Assembly (NCBI RefSeq): GCF_016863135.1
Contig: NZ_BOOH01000011.1
Location: 43,141-107,140, forward strand
Source of the DNA: Planobispora longispora
GTDB taxonomy: Bacteria > Actinomycetota > Actinomycetes > Streptosporangiales > Streptosporangiaceae
Length of the DNA stretch: 64,000 nucleotides
Direction of reading: 5' to 3'
Position numbers and translations under genes: made by a program. Below are positions 1-9,149 of the stretch, in pieces. Every line of letters starts with the position of its first letter. The stretch's first letter is position 1. Under the pieces are notes generated by a model. It did not search any database. It was not told the origin of the DNA and saw only the letters and a list, made by a program, of their open reading frames with translations.

Positions 1-965
1 CCGCCCGCGCCGACGGCTCCCGGCGGCGCCGCGAGGAGCTCGTCGAGGGCGAGCCCGTCCCCGGTCCCGGTGAGGCGGTCGACGACACGCTCCGGCTGTA
101 CTTCCTGTGCGCGCACCCGTCCCTGACGCCGGCCTCGGCCGTCGCGCTCACGCTGCGCGCGGTCGGCGGCCTGACCACGCGCCAGATCGCGCAGGCCTAC
201 CTCGTGCCCGAGGCGACCATGGCCCAGCGCATCAGCCGGGCCAAGCGGACCGTCTCGTCCGTCCGGTTCAACCAGCCCGGTGATGTGGCCACGGTGCTGC
301 GCGTCCTCTACCTCGTCTTCAACGAGGGCTACTCCGGCGACGTCGACCTCGCCGCCGAGGCGATCCGGCTCACCCGTCAGCTGGCGGCGAAGACCGGGCA
401 CGAGGAGGTGGCGGGCCTGCTCGCGCTCATGCTGCTCCACCACGCGCGGCGCCCGGCACGGACCGGTCCCGACGGCAGGCTCGTGCCGCTGGCCGAGCAG
501 GACCGGAGCCTGTGGGACACCTGCCTGATCGCCGAGGGCGTGGACATCCTCCAGGCGGCCCTCGCCCGCGACCGGCTCGGCGAGTTCCAGGCCCAGGCCG
601 CCGTCGCCGCGCTCCACGCCGACGCCCGGACGGCGGAGGAGACCGACTGGGTGCAGATCGTCGAGTGGTACGACGAACTGGTGCGCCTCACCGGCAACCC
701 GGTGGCCCGCCTCAACCGGGCCGTCGCGGTCGGCGAGGCCGACGGCCCGCGGGCCGGGCTGGCCGCCCTGGCCGACCTCGACCCCGCCCTGCCGCGATAC
801 GCCGCCGCCGCGGCGTACCTGCACGAGCGGGACGGTGACCCGGCGACCGCGGCACGGCTCTACGCCGAAGCCGCCCGGTCGGCGCCCAACCTCCCCGAAT
901 GCGACCACCTCATGCGCCAGGCCGCCCGGCTCAACGCGCGGCTGCGCGGCGGAGCCGCGACGTGA
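1..965 (+). CDS. ECF-type sigma-70 factor, 3' partial (region 4 HTH then ~230-aa C-terminal extension); gene starts upstream of window
   Basis: In-frame translation from base 3 gives LRLYFLCAHPSLTP...LTTRQIAQAYLVPEATMAQRISRAKRTV, a sigma-70 region-4 HTH. The ORF continues to TGA at 963-965. The C-terminal extension is Ala/Leu-rich. Confidence 0.7.
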   Translation, partial: ARADGSRRRREELVEGEPVPGPGEAVDDTLRLYFLCAHPSLTPASAVALTLRAVGGLTTRQIAQAYLVPEATMAQRISRAKRTVSSVRFNQPGDVATVLRVLYLVFNEGYSGDVDLAAEAIRLTRQLAAKTGHEEVAGLLALMLLHHARRPARTGPDGRLVPLAEQDRSLWDTCLIAEGVDILQAALARDRLGEFQAQAAVAALHADARTAEETDWVQIVEWYDELVRLTGNPVARLNRAVAVGEADGPRAGLAALADLDPALPRYAAAAAYLHERDGDPATAARLYAEAARSAPNLPECDHLMRQAARLNARLRGGAAT

Positions 966-1023
966 CCGGTGGCGGACGGCGGACGCGCCACCGCCTCCGC
1001 TCCGGGCGGGCGCCTCCCGTCCG

Positions 1024-1494
1024 TCACCGCAGAACGGACCGGCCCAGCATCACACGGCAATACCACCAGAACGCGAGGGACAGGACACCGACGCCGATGT
1101 CGAACAGGCTCATCGGCGCCCCGAGGAGGTCCCACCGGTCCCGGAAGGCGAAGGTGAGGATCAGCAGCATCACCTGGGCCAGCGCGGTCATCAGGGCCAG
1201 CGGCACCGCCCAGCGGGAGCGCAGGATCGAAGCCGCCGCCGAGGTGAGACCTCCGACGACGTTGAGGGTCCACAGGACGCCGAGACCGAACGGATAGTCG
1301 GTGAAGTAGCCGATCTGAGGCTCCCCGTACCCCTGGGCGGCCAGATAGCCCGGGTCGAGCGTGAGCGTGAGCAGGTAGTCGCGCGCGCCGCCGATGTAGA
1401 GCGCGAGCATGAACAGCCCGACGACCCACAGATGCCACGGCGCGCGGCCCCGTCGAGGACTTTCCACTGCGGCCGGCACGGTGTCTTCACGCAT
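1024..1494 (-). CDS. hypothetical integral membrane protein (4 predicted TM helices)
   Basis: 156-aa ORF with hydrophobic segments (WHLWVVGLFMLALYIGG, VLWTLNVVGGL, LALMTALAQVMLLILTFAF, IGVGVLSLAFWWY). It overlaps the upstream AbrB-like gene by 8 bp, suggesting an operon. Confidence 0.5.
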   Translation of the reverse strand: MREDTVPAAVESPRRGRAPWHLWVVGLFMLALYIGGARDYLLTLTLDPGYLAAQGYGEPQIGYFTDYPFGLGVLWTLNVVGGLTSAAASILRSRWAVPLALMTALAQVMLLILTFAFRDRWDLLGAPMSLFDIGVGVLSLAFWWYCRVMLGRSVLR

Positions 1495-1714
1495 CGTCGC
1501 TCCGGTCCTTGTGGGCGTCGAGCACGGTCTCGGCGAGGTGGACGAAGTCGTCGTTGCGCAGCACCGCGATGCCGCGCTCCACGTCCGCCAGCAGCAGCAA
1601 CGTGTCTCCGGCGACGATCCCGAACATGTCTCGCATGTCCTTCGGGATGACGATCTGGCCGCGATCCCCGACTTTCGCCGTCCCGGCGAGCTTCCCTGGC
1701 GGTGGTGGCGTCAA
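1487..1714 (-). CDS. AbrB/MazE/SpoVT-family DNA-binding protein (antitoxin-like)
   Basis: Contains GQIVIPKDMRDMFGIVAGDTLLL, which matches the swapped-hairpin AbrB/MazE motif. TTG start is preceded by GGAG. A direct repeat TTTCATAC-c-TTTCATAC lies in the upstream AT-rich leader. Confidence 0.6.
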   Translation of the reverse strand: MTPPPPGKLAGTAKVGDRGQIVIPKDMRDMFGIVAGDTLLLLADVERGIAVLRNDDFVHLAETVLDAHKDRSDDA

Positions 1715-1792
1715 CCCGGCTCCATGTGCGCTCGTTCCTATTTTTCATACCTTTCATACTGAACCTACATCAGACACCGGGCGTGCGGGAGA

Positions 1793-2401
1793 TCAGATCA
1801 TCGGTTCCGGGCCGGGGCGCACGCCGTTGAGGGCGAGGCCGAGCAGCCGGTCGGCTTGGGCCGACCCGTCGGGGCCGCCCTCGGTGGCCTGGGAGATGGC
1901 GCTGACGAGCGTGAGGAGGTCGGCGATCGAGACGTCGGGGCGTACGGCTCCGGCCCGGCGGGCCCGCGCCAGCACTTCCTCCCCGGCGTCCAGGATCATC
2001 GTGTGGCAGGTGGCGCCCAGGGCGGGGTCGCCGCCGGAGGCGCCGCGCATCAGCGAGGCGGCCAGGCCGCGATTGGACACGGCGTGGGCGACGACGGCGC
2101 GAAGCCAGGCTCCCAGCGCGGGGCCCGGGTCCCGGGTGGCCGCCAGGTCGCGTGCGGAGGCGCACAGGACCTCGACCTTGCCGCGGAAGACGGCCTCCAG
2201 CAGTGCCTGCCGGGAGGGGAAGTGCCGGTGCAGGGTGGCCGAGCCGACGCCGGCCCGCCGGGCGATCTCCTCCAGTGACGCCTCGGCTCCGTGCCGGGCG
2301 ACGGCCTCGGCGGCCGCGGTGAGGATTCGCTCGTAGTTGCGGCGTGCGTCGGCGCGCATCGGCCGCCCGGCCCGCGCCGGCGCGGGGCTTCCCTCCGGCA
2401 T
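1793..2401 (-). CDS. TetR-family transcriptional regulator
   Basis: N-terminal RRNYERILTAAAEAVARHGAEASLEEIARRAGVGSATLHRHF is a TetR HTH. Start is ambiguous (ATG at 2440, 2401 or 2359); 2401 has GGAG 8 nt upstream. Divergent from the NmrA gene. Confidence 0.75.
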   Translation of the reverse strand: MPEGSPAPARAGRPMRADARRNYERILTAAAEAVARHGAEASLEEIARRAGVGSATLHRHFPSRQALLEAVFRGKVEVLCASARDLAATRDPGPALGAWLRAVVAHAVSNRGLAASLMRGASGGDPALGATCHTMILDAGEEVLARARRAGAVRPDVSIADLLTLVSAISQATEGGPDGSAQADRLLGLALNGVRPGPEPMI

Positions 2402-2515
2402 GAGATCTCCAGGGGATTGAAAAACGGGGTGGTCCTCCATGTCGTACTCGATCGTAAGTGGAGGGGTGCCCCGTTTAGTGGGCGTCCTTCCCGTGCCCTC
2501 ATTCGGGAGAGATCT

Positions 2516-3445
2516 GTGGACGCATCAGAAAAGACCATCGCGGTGGTGGGAGCCACCGGTCTGCAGGGCCGTGCCGTCACGGCGCACCTGCTCGCCGGCG
2601 GCTGGCGGGTCCGGGCGCTGACGCGTGACCCCGCGGGCCCGGCCGCCCGGGTGCTGGCGGAGGCCGGGGCGCAGGTCGTGCGGGCGGAGATGGACGACGT
2701 CGCCTCCCTCGTGGCCGCGGCCGAGGGCGCGTACGGCATGTTCAGCGTCCAGCCCACCGTCGGCTCTCCGGGAACCGCGGCCGGCTTCTCGGCCGAGGAC
2801 GAGGTCCGCTGGGGCTGCAACGTCGCCGAGGCGGCCCGGGCCGCCTCCGTCCGGCACCTCGTCTACGCCTCGGTCGCCGGCGCGGGCCGTCACGGCACCG
2901 AGAGGCTGCCGCAGAACGTGGTGAGCAAACACCGGATCGAGCGGTGCGTCGGCGAGCTCGGCCTGCCCGCGACGATTCTGCGGCCGGTCTCCTTCATGGA
3001 GAACTACACCGGCGCGTACCACCTGCACGGCGGGGCCCTGACCGCCGCGTTCGCGCCTGAGGTGCCGCAGCAGATCATCGCCGTCGACGACGTCGGCGCC
3101 ATCGCCGCTTCGGTCTTCGCCCGGCCCCGGGACTGGATCGGCCGGGCGGCGGACCTCGCGGGGGACGAGCTGACCCCGGTGCGGATCGCCGCGGCCATCT
3201 CCGAAGCCGTCGGACGTCCCCTGCCCTACGTCCGGATCTCCCTGGAGGCCGTCGCCGCGGCCGGTGGGGAAGAGGCCGCCTTCGCCTACCGGTGGCTCAA
3301 CGAACGCGGCTACCGGGCCGACGTCGCCGCCACGCGCGCCCTGCACCCGGGCCTGATGGATCTGCGCGCGTGGCTGGCGGTCTCGGGTGCGGCCCAGATC
3401 GCGGGCTTCCTGGCCGCCCGGGGCGACGGGGGAGGGGAGGGGTGA
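2516..3445 (+). CDS. NmrA-family NAD(P)-binding protein
   Basis: KTIAVVGATGLQGRAVTAHLLAGGWRVRALTRD is a Rossmann GxxGxxG motif of NmrA type. GTG start at 2516 is preceded by GGAGAG. Confidence 0.8.
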   Translation: MDASEKTIAVVGATGLQGRAVTAHLLAGGWRVRALTRDPAGPAARVLAEAGAQVVRAEMDDVASLVAAAEGAYGMFSVQPTVGSPGTAAGFSAEDEVRWGCNVAEAARAASVRHLVYASVAGAGRHGTERLPQNVVSKHRIERCVGELGLPATILRPVSFMENYTGAYHLHGGALTAAFAPEVPQQIIAVDDVGAIAASVFARPRDWIGRAADLAGDELTPVRIAAAISEAVGRPLPYVRISLEAVAAAGGEEAAFAYRWLNERGYRADVAATRALHPGLMDLRAWLAVSGAAQIAGFLAARGDGGGEG

Positions 3446-3527
3446 ACGGGCCCGCGTGACGCGTGGCTGTGCGTAGTGCGCCGGGTTCGCATTGACAGGC
3501 AAGTAGTGGCTTGCCTATCGTTGCCGT

Positions 3528-3815
3528 ATGGGCGATGTCTTCAAGGCCCTCGCCGACCCCACGCGGCGGACCATCCTCGACGAGCTGGCCGAACGTGACG
3601 GCCAGACCCTGTTCGAGATCTGCGCCCGCCTGGCGAATCACGATCAGCTGAGCCTGACCCGGCAGGGAGTGTCCCAGCACCTGGCGGTGCTGGAGGAGGC
3701 CGGGCTGATCACGACGCGCAAGGAGGGCCGGTACAAGTTCCACTACCTCGACACCACTCCGCTGGCCGCCATCTTCGAGCGGTGGCCGATCACCGGGAAA
3801 GGACAGACGCCGTGA
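3528..3815 (+). CDS. ArsR/SmtB-family transcriptional regulator
   Basis: ALADPTRRTILDELAERDGQTLFEICARLANHDQLSLTRQGVSQHLAVLEEAGLI is an ArsR winged-helix motif. Confidence 0.8.
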   Translation: MGDVFKALADPTRRTILDELAERDGQTLFEICARLANHDQLSLTRQGVSQHLAVLEEAGLITTRKEGRYKFHYLDTTPLAAIFERWPITGKGQTP

Positions 3816-4198
3816 AGATCTATGTCACCAGCGTGTTCGTGGACGACCAGCAGAAGGCCCTCGACTTCTACACCGAGGTGCTCGGCTTCACCAAGAAGCA
3901 CGACATCCCGGCGGGCGGGGCCCGGTGGCTGACGGTCGTCTCGCCTGAGGACCCCGAGGGCACGGAGCTGCTGCTGGAGCCGGACGGGCACCCCGCGGTC
4001 GGGCCGTACAAGAAGGGGCTGGTCGCCGACGGCATCCCGGCCGCCTCGTTCCAGGTCGCGGACGTGCGTGCGGAGCACGAGCGGCTGCGCGGGCTGGGGG
4101 TGACGTTCACGCAGGAGCCGATGGAGGCGGGGCCGGTGACCATGGCGGTCTTCGACGACACCTGCGGGAACCTGATCCAGATCGTGACCCCGGCCTGA
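3812..4198 (+). CDS. VOC/glyoxalase-family protein
   Basis: GTG start overlaps the ArsR stop (GTGA). IYVTSVFVDDQQKALDFYTEVLGF is a glyoxalase/bleomycin-resistance fold signature. Confidence 0.7.
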   Translation: MKIYVTSVFVDDQQKALDFYTEVLGFTKKHDIPAGGARWLTVVSPEDPEGTELLLEPDGHPAVGPYKKGLVADGIPAASFQVADVRAEHERLRGLGVTFTQEPMEAGPVTMAVFDDTCGNLIQIVTPA

Positions 4199-4237
4199 CC
4201 GCCGGATCAAGCCGCTGACCTGGGAGGAGAACGGCGG

Positions 4238-4273
4238 AGCGGGCGGGACTCCGATCTCGCGGAGTCCCGCCCG
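4238..4273. terminator. perfect 15-bp stem / 6-nt loop hairpin between convergent genes (bidirectional terminator candidate)
   Basis: GCGGGCGGGACTCCG-atctcg-CGGAGTCCCGCCCGC read directly from the sequence. It lies between the glyoxalase stop (4198) and the DoxX stop (4332). Confidence 0.6.
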
Positions 4274-4331
4274 CCTTCCCCTTCGCCCGCCCGCGCCCGC
4301 CCGCGTCCGCGCTCGCTCTCGTCCGCGCCCG

Positions 4332-4835
4332 CTATCCGTGGGCCGGCTGCGGGCCGACCCGGGGGTCCGCCGTCCGCCCCGCGACCTCGCGGGCCGGTAC
4401 GAGGCTGGCGCCGAGAGCGCGGGCCGCGATCACCATGGCCGCGGCCGCCAGGACGATGTCCTTGAAGATGTACTGGGCCTCCAGCGTCGGCGCGCCGGGG
4501 AACAGGTCGGTGAAGAACAGGACGTACGGCGCGAAGAACCCGGCCGTCGCACCGATCATCACGACCAGGCCGGTCTTCAGCAGCTTGCCGGTCACCAGCG
4601 TGAGGCCGATGAAGACCTCCATGCCGGCGATCACGAACTGGGCCGCGTAGCCCGACAGCATCCCCAGGGACAGTTTCTCCAGCGTGGCCACCGACAGCTC
4701 CTCCGCCGGACTGACCCCTGGGAAGAACTTGAGTGTGCCGAAGACCACGAAGACCAGGCCGAGGCTGACGCGGAGGATGTCGATGCTGTGCCGGGACAGC
4801 CAGGCGGCCAGCTTGTGGATCGTGTTCGAAGTCAT
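4332..4835 (-). CDS. DoxX-family membrane protein
   Basis: Hydrophobic DoxX-like helices (LGLVFVVFGTLKFFPG, GMEVFIGLTLVTGKLLKTGLVVMIGATAGFFAPYV). ATG at 4835 is preceded by GGGAG. The upstream in-frame extension is judged non-coding. Confidence 0.7.
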   Translation of the reverse strand: MTSNTIHKLAAWLSRHSIDILRVSLGLVFVVFGTLKFFPGVSPAEELSVATLEKLSLGMLSGYAAQFVIAGMEVFIGLTLVTGKLLKTGLVVMIGATAGFFAPYVLFFTDLFPGAPTLEAQYIFKDIVLAAAAMVIAARALGASLVPAREVAGRTADPRVGPQPAHG

Positions 4836-5140
4836 CTCGTGCTCCCTGCCGATGTCGTTCTCGTCTGGGTCCAGACTCGTGAAACCGGCGGCGGAAAACG
4901 TCCGGCCAGCGGAGGCAGTCGGCCTACATCTTCGCCCGTACGGTGAGCCGGGCGCATACCTCGGCACGCCTAAGGGGTTCGCCCTAGGGGAAGCGAACGG
5001 CCTGGTCAGGACCGGTGGCGGGCATGCTCCGGCGGAACGGGCGCGCTCCCGTGGGATGGATCGCCGCGCTCCGGACGGCGAGCGGAGATCGTCGGACGGA
5101 GCAGAAGACGGTTGTCAAATCATGATCAATTAGGGCTGGG

Positions 5141-5170
5141 TTGACATTTAGCTAGGTAAGCCTAACCTAA
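5141..5170 (+). promoter_or_regulatory. sigma-70-like promoter (TTGACA-16-TAACCT) overlapped by an IdeR/DmdR iron box
   Basis: CTAGGTAAGCCTAACCTAA matches the iron-box consensus TTAGGTTAGGCTAACCTAA at 16/19. A perfect TTGACA sits at 5141. Both lie immediately upstream of the ABC ATPase GTG at 5176. Confidence 0.65.
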
Positions 5171-5175
5171 TCCCC

Positions 5176-5994
5176 GTGACCGAGAAGATCTCGCTGCGTG
5201 GAGCCGACCTGCGTCTCAGCTACCACGGCGCCACCGCCGTCGAGAACGGCCACATCACCTTGACGCAAGGGCGCGTGACGGCGCTGGTGGGCCCGAACGG
5301 CAGCGGCAAGTCCACGCTGCTGCGAGCGCTGGCCCGGCTCCACAAGCCGGAGACGGGCACGGTGACACTGGCCGACGGCACGTCCGCCCTGGACCTTCCG
5401 GCCCGCGACTTCGCCAAGCGGGTCACGCTGCTGGCCCAGAGCCGTCCCACGCCGTCCGGCGTGCGGGTCCGGGACGTCGTCGGGTACGGCAGGCACCCCT
5501 ACCGGGGCCGGTGGCGGTCGGGCGACCCCGACGGGGAGGCCGCGATCACCAGGGCGATGGAGCTCACCGGCGTCACGGCCATGGCCGACCGTCCGGCGGA
5601 CGAGCTGTCGGGCGGCGAGCTGCAGCGCGTGTGGCTGGCCACCTGCCTGGCGCAGGACACCGGCGTCCTGCTCCTGGACGAGCCCACCACCTTCCTGGAC
5701 CTGCGCTACCAGATCGAGCTGCTGGATCTGGTGCGCGATCTGGCCGACGAACACGATGTGGCCGTCGGCGTCGTCCTGCACGACCTGAACCAGGCCGCCG
5801 AGCTGGCCGACCACGTCGTCCTGCTGCACGGCGGCCGCGTCCGGGCCGACGGTCCGCCCGCCGAGATCCTCACCGAGGAACTCCTCACCGAGGTGTACGG
5901 CATCCGCATCAAGGTCACGCACGACCCGAGGACGGGGACGGTGAGCACTCGGCCGATCGGCCGGCACACCAGAAGCGTCTCTGCAACAACCTGA
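5176..5994 (+). CDS. iron-siderophore ABC transporter ATP-binding protein (FecE/FepC family)
   Basis: Walker A GPNGSGKST, signature LSGGELQRV and Walker B LLLDEPT. Confidence 0.85.
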   Translation: MTEKISLRGADLRLSYHGATAVENGHITLTQGRVTALVGPNGSGKSTLLRALARLHKPETGTVTLADGTSALDLPARDFAKRVTLLAQSRPTPSGVRVRDVVGYGRHPYRGRWRSGDPDGEAAITRAMELTGVTAMADRPADELSGGELQRVWLATCLAQDTGVLLLDEPTTFLDLRYQIELLDLVRDLADEHDVAVGVVLHDLNQAAELADHVVLLHGGRVRADGPPAEILTEELLTEVYGIRIKVTHDPRTGTVSTRPIGRHTRSVSATT

Positions 5995-6004
5995 CAGGAA
6001 TACC

Positions 6005-6991
6005 ATGATCCCCCTGCGCACCGCCCTCGTGGCCGTGGCCGCCGTCGCCGTGCTCGGCGCCTGCGGCACCACCGAGACCCCCGCTCCGGAACCGGCCGCC
6101 TCCGGCGGCACGGCCTCCGCCGCCCCGATCACCGTGACCGACGACCGCGGCAAGCAGATCACCCTCGACCGTCCCGCCGCCAAGGTGGTCGCCCTGGAGT
6201 GGGGCGAGGCCGAGATGGTGGTCAGCCTCGGCGTCATGCCGGTCGGGGTGGCCGACGTGAAGGGGTACGGCACCTGGGTGACCGCGGCCAAGCTGGACCC
6301 CTCGGTCAAGGACGTCGGCACCCGGCAGGAGCCGAGCGTCGACTCCATCGCCGCCCTCCAGCCCGACCTGATCGTCATGGAGGCCTCACGCGACTCCGCG
6401 CTGGTGCCGCAGCTGGAGAAGTTCGCCCCCGTCGTCGTCATGACCGGCAGTGACGGGAGCGACAACCTGGGCCGGATGCGGAAGGACCTCAAGACGATCG
6501 CGACCGCGCTGGGCAAGACCGCCGAGGCGGACAAGCTGCTGGCGGACTTCGACACCGCGCTGAGCGAGGGCAAGAGCAAGCTCGCCGCCGCCGGCTTCGC
6601 CGGCAAGCCGTTCGCCATCGCCGACGGCTGGAAGGACGGCAGCAAGATCTCCATCCGCATGTTCGGCAAGGGCGCGCTGGTCTCCGAGGTCGCCACCCAG
6701 CTCGGGCTGGTCAACGGCTGGAAGGGCGAGGTGGACCCGGCGTGGGGTCTGGGCGTCACCGACGTCGAGGGCCTGACCGCGCTGAAGGACCCCGGCACCC
6801 GCTTCTTCTACAACGCCTCCGACGGCGTCGACGTCTTCGCCGACGGACTGGCCTCGAACGCCATCTGGAACAAGCTGCCGTTCGTCGAGAAGAAGCAGGT
6901 CACCAAGCTGCCCGACGGCATCTGGACCTTCGGCGGGCCGCTGTCCTGCAAGCAGTACGCCGAGGCCCTCGTGAAGGCCTACACCGGTTGA
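6005..6991 (+). CDS. iron-siderophore ABC transporter substrate-binding lipoprotein (FecB/FhuD-like)
   Basis: Signal peptide with lipobox (VLGAC) and a class-III periplasmic-binding fold. RBS AGGAA precedes the ATG. Confidence 0.8.
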   Translation: MIPLRTALVAVAAVAVLGACGTTETPAPEPAASGGTASAAPITVTDDRGKQITLDRPAAKVVALEWGEAEMVVSLGVMPVGVADVKGYGTWVTAAKLDPSVKDVGTRQEPSVDSIAALQPDLIVMEASRDSALVPQLEKFAPVVVMTGSDGSDNLGRMRKDLKTIATALGKTAEADKLLADFDTALSEGKSKLAAAGFAGKPFAIADGWKDGSKISIRMFGKGALVSEVATQLGLVNGWKGEVDPAWGLGVTDVEGLTALKDPGTRFFYNASDGVDVFADGLASNAIWNKLPFVEKKQVTKLPDGIWTFGGPLSCKQYAEALVKAYTG

Positions 6992-9060
6992 GCACTTCGG
7001 TTCGGACCGCGCCTGCGCCCGTCACGCCGCTGCGGCGGCTGGGGGGCGCCGGCGCGGTCCTCCTGACGCTGGCGGCGGTCGTCCTGGTCGCCGCGGTCCA
7101 CGTGACGCAGGGCACGTCGTCCATCGGCGCGCTCGACCTGCTCCGGCTGCCGTTCGGCGACGGGGACGACGAGGCCGCCCGGATCCTGCTGGCCTCCAGG
7201 CTGCCCCGGCTGCTGGCGGGGATCTCCGTCGGCGTGGCCCTGGGCGCGGCGGGCGCGCTGCTGCAGGCCGTCTCCCGCAATCCCATGGCCTCGCCCGACA
7301 CGCTGGCGGTCAGCTCCGGCGCCTACTTCGCGGTCGCCGCGGCGGCGGTCTTCGGCCTGACGCTGCCGCTCTTCATGTCGGGCCTGCTCGCCCTGCTGGG
7401 CGGGCTGGCGGCGGCCGCCCTCGTGCTGGCGCTGGCCGCGGGCGGCCGTACCGGCACGACCAGGCTGATCCTGGCGGGCTCGGCGACCGCGCTGGCGCTC
7501 GACTCGCTCACCAACCTGCTGCTGATCCTCTTCGAGGAGGAGACCACCGGGCTGTTCGCCTGGGGCAGCGGCTCGCTCGTGCAGAGCGACCTGGAAGCCG
7601 TCTCGCAGATGGGCCCGCTGATCCTGCTGGTCCTGGCCGCCGCCGTGCTGGCCGGGCCGAAGCTCGACATCATGGGCCTGGGCGACGACACCGCCACGGT
7701 GCTCGGCGTCAACGTCGCCCGGCTGCGCCTGTGGCTCACGCTCCTGGCCGTCGTGCTGGCCGCCGCCGCGGTGACCGTCGCGGGGCCCGTCGGGTTCGTG
7801 GGCCTGTGCGCGCCGGTGATCGTCAGGCTGCTCCCGGGCGCGCACCGCCACCGGACGGCGGTTCCGCTGGCGGGTCTCGTCGGCGTGCTCATCGTCCTCG
7901 GCTCCGACATCGCGCTGCGCGCCGTCTTCGGCGGGCAGGCGGGCGTGGACGTGCCGCCCGGCGTGGTGACCACGCTGTTCGGCGCCGCCGTGATGGTGTG
8001 GCTGGCCCGCCGCTACCGGGACGCCGGGCCGACCCGTCAGCCGCCGATCGTGCGCGTCGCCGCCCGCTCGCGCGCCGCCTTCCTGACAGTGGTGACGGTC
8101 TGCGCGATCCTGCTCGCCGGGGCGGTCTTCCTCGGCATGCTCGGCGGCGACACCTGGATTCTGGGCGGCGACCTGGTCAACTGGCTCAGCGGGCGGACCG
8201 GCCGCGGTCTCACCTTCGTGCTCGACCAGCGCTACCCCCGCGTTCTCGCCGCGGTGCTCGCCGGCGCGGCGCTGGCCGCCGCGGGCACGGCCGTCCAGGC
8301 CGTGTGCCGCAATCCGCTGGCCGAGCCCGGCATCCTCGGCGTCACCGCCGGTGCGGGCGTGGGTGCGATCTCGCTGCTGGCCCTCGTGCCGCTCGCCGGG
8401 ATCTGGCCGATGTCCGCGGCGGCCATGGTCGGCGCGCTGGTCGCCGCCGCCGCGGTGTACCTGCTGTCGTGGCGCGGCGGGCTGAGCTCCGACCGCCTGG
8501 TGCTGATCGGCGTCGGGGTGCAGGCGGCGTGCACCGCCCTCACCGTCATGATCATCGTCAAGGCGGATCCCTGGAACACCGCCATGGCGCTGACCTGGCT
8601 GTCCGGTTCCACCTACGGCCGCGTCCCGGCCCAGCTGATCCCGGTCGCGCTGGCCCTGGTCCTGGTGGTCCCGCTGATCGCCTGGCTCCGCCGTGATCTG
8701 GACCTGCTCTCCCTGGACGAGGACAGTCCCCGCATCCTCGGCGTCCCCCTGGAGCCGGTACGGCTGGCCGCCCTGGGCGGCTCGGTGCTGCTGACCGCCA
8801 CCGCGGTCTCCGCCGTGGGCGTCGTCGGCTTCGTCGGCCTGATCGCCCCGCACGCCGCCCGTGCCCTGGTCGGCTCGGGTCACACCCGGGTCCTGCCGGT
8901 GGCCGTGCTCCTCGGCGCCCTGCTGGTGAGCCTGGCCGACACGCTCGGGCGCACCGTCATCGCCCCGGCCCAGGTGCCCGCCGGGATCGTCACCGCGCTG
9001 CTCGGCACGCCGTACTTCGTCTGGCTGTTGTGGCGCTCACGGGCGCACGCGGACGGCTGA
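6988..9060 (+). CDS. iron-siderophore ABC permease, fused tandem FecCD domains (FhuB-like, ~690 aa)
   Basis: Two homologous polytopic halves, each with the FecCD-type motif (LLAGISVGVALGAAGALLQAVSRNPMASP and LAAVLAGAALAAAGTAVQAVCRNPLAEP). TTG start at 6988 overlaps the SBP stop (TTGA). The exact start is uncertain. Confidence 0.7.
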   Translation: MSTSVRTAPAPVTPLRRLGGAGAVLLTLAAVVLVAAVHVTQGTSSIGALDLLRLPFGDGDDEAARILLASRLPRLLAGISVGVALGAAGALLQAVSRNPMASPDTLAVSSGAYFAVAAAAVFGLTLPLFMSGLLALLGGLAAAALVLALAAGGRTGTTRLILAGSATALALDSLTNLLLILFEEETTGLFAWGSGSLVQSDLEAVSQMGPLILLVLAAAVLAGPKLDIMGLGDDTATVLGVNVARLRLWLTLLAVVLAAAAVTVAGPVGFVGLCAPVIVRLLPGAHRHRTAVPLAGLVGVLIVLGSDIALRAVFGGQAGVDVPPGVVTTLFGAAVMVWLARRYRDAGPTRQPPIVRVAARSRAAFLTVVTVCAILLAGAVFLGMLGGDTWILGGDLVNWLSGRTGRGLTFVLDQRYPRVLAAVLAGAALAAAGTAVQAVCRNPLAEPGILGVTAGAGVGAISLLALVPLAGIWPMSAAAMVGALVAAAAVYLLSWRGGLSSDRLVLIGVGVQAACTALTVMIIVKADPWNTAMALTWLSGSTYGRVPAQLIPVALALVLVVPLIAWLRRDLDLLSLDEDSPRILGVPLEPVRLAALGGSVLLTATAVSAVGVVGFVGLIAPHAARALVGSGHTRVLPVAVLLGALLVSLADTLGRTVIAPAQVPAGIVTALLGTPYFVWLLWRSRAHADG

Positions 9061-9102
9061 CGGGCCGACGCCGGGCACCTGGGCAGCGATCAGAACATTC
9101 GT

Positions 9103-9121
9103 TAAGGTTAGCCTTACCTAA
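9103..9121 (+). promoter_or_regulatory. second IdeR/DmdR iron box
   Basis: TAAGGTTAGCCTTACCTAA matches the iron-box consensus at about 16/19. It lies 29 bp upstream of the siderophore-interacting protein ATG. Confidence 0.6.
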
Positions 9122-9149
9122 TGAGGCGCTAGAGGACCGAGGACCGTCC

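Noticed and set aside
6742-6987. N-terminal 82-codon extension of the permease ORF
   Set aside because: Lies inside the substrate-binding protein gene in another frame. A TTG at 6988 gives a normal FecCD N-terminus.
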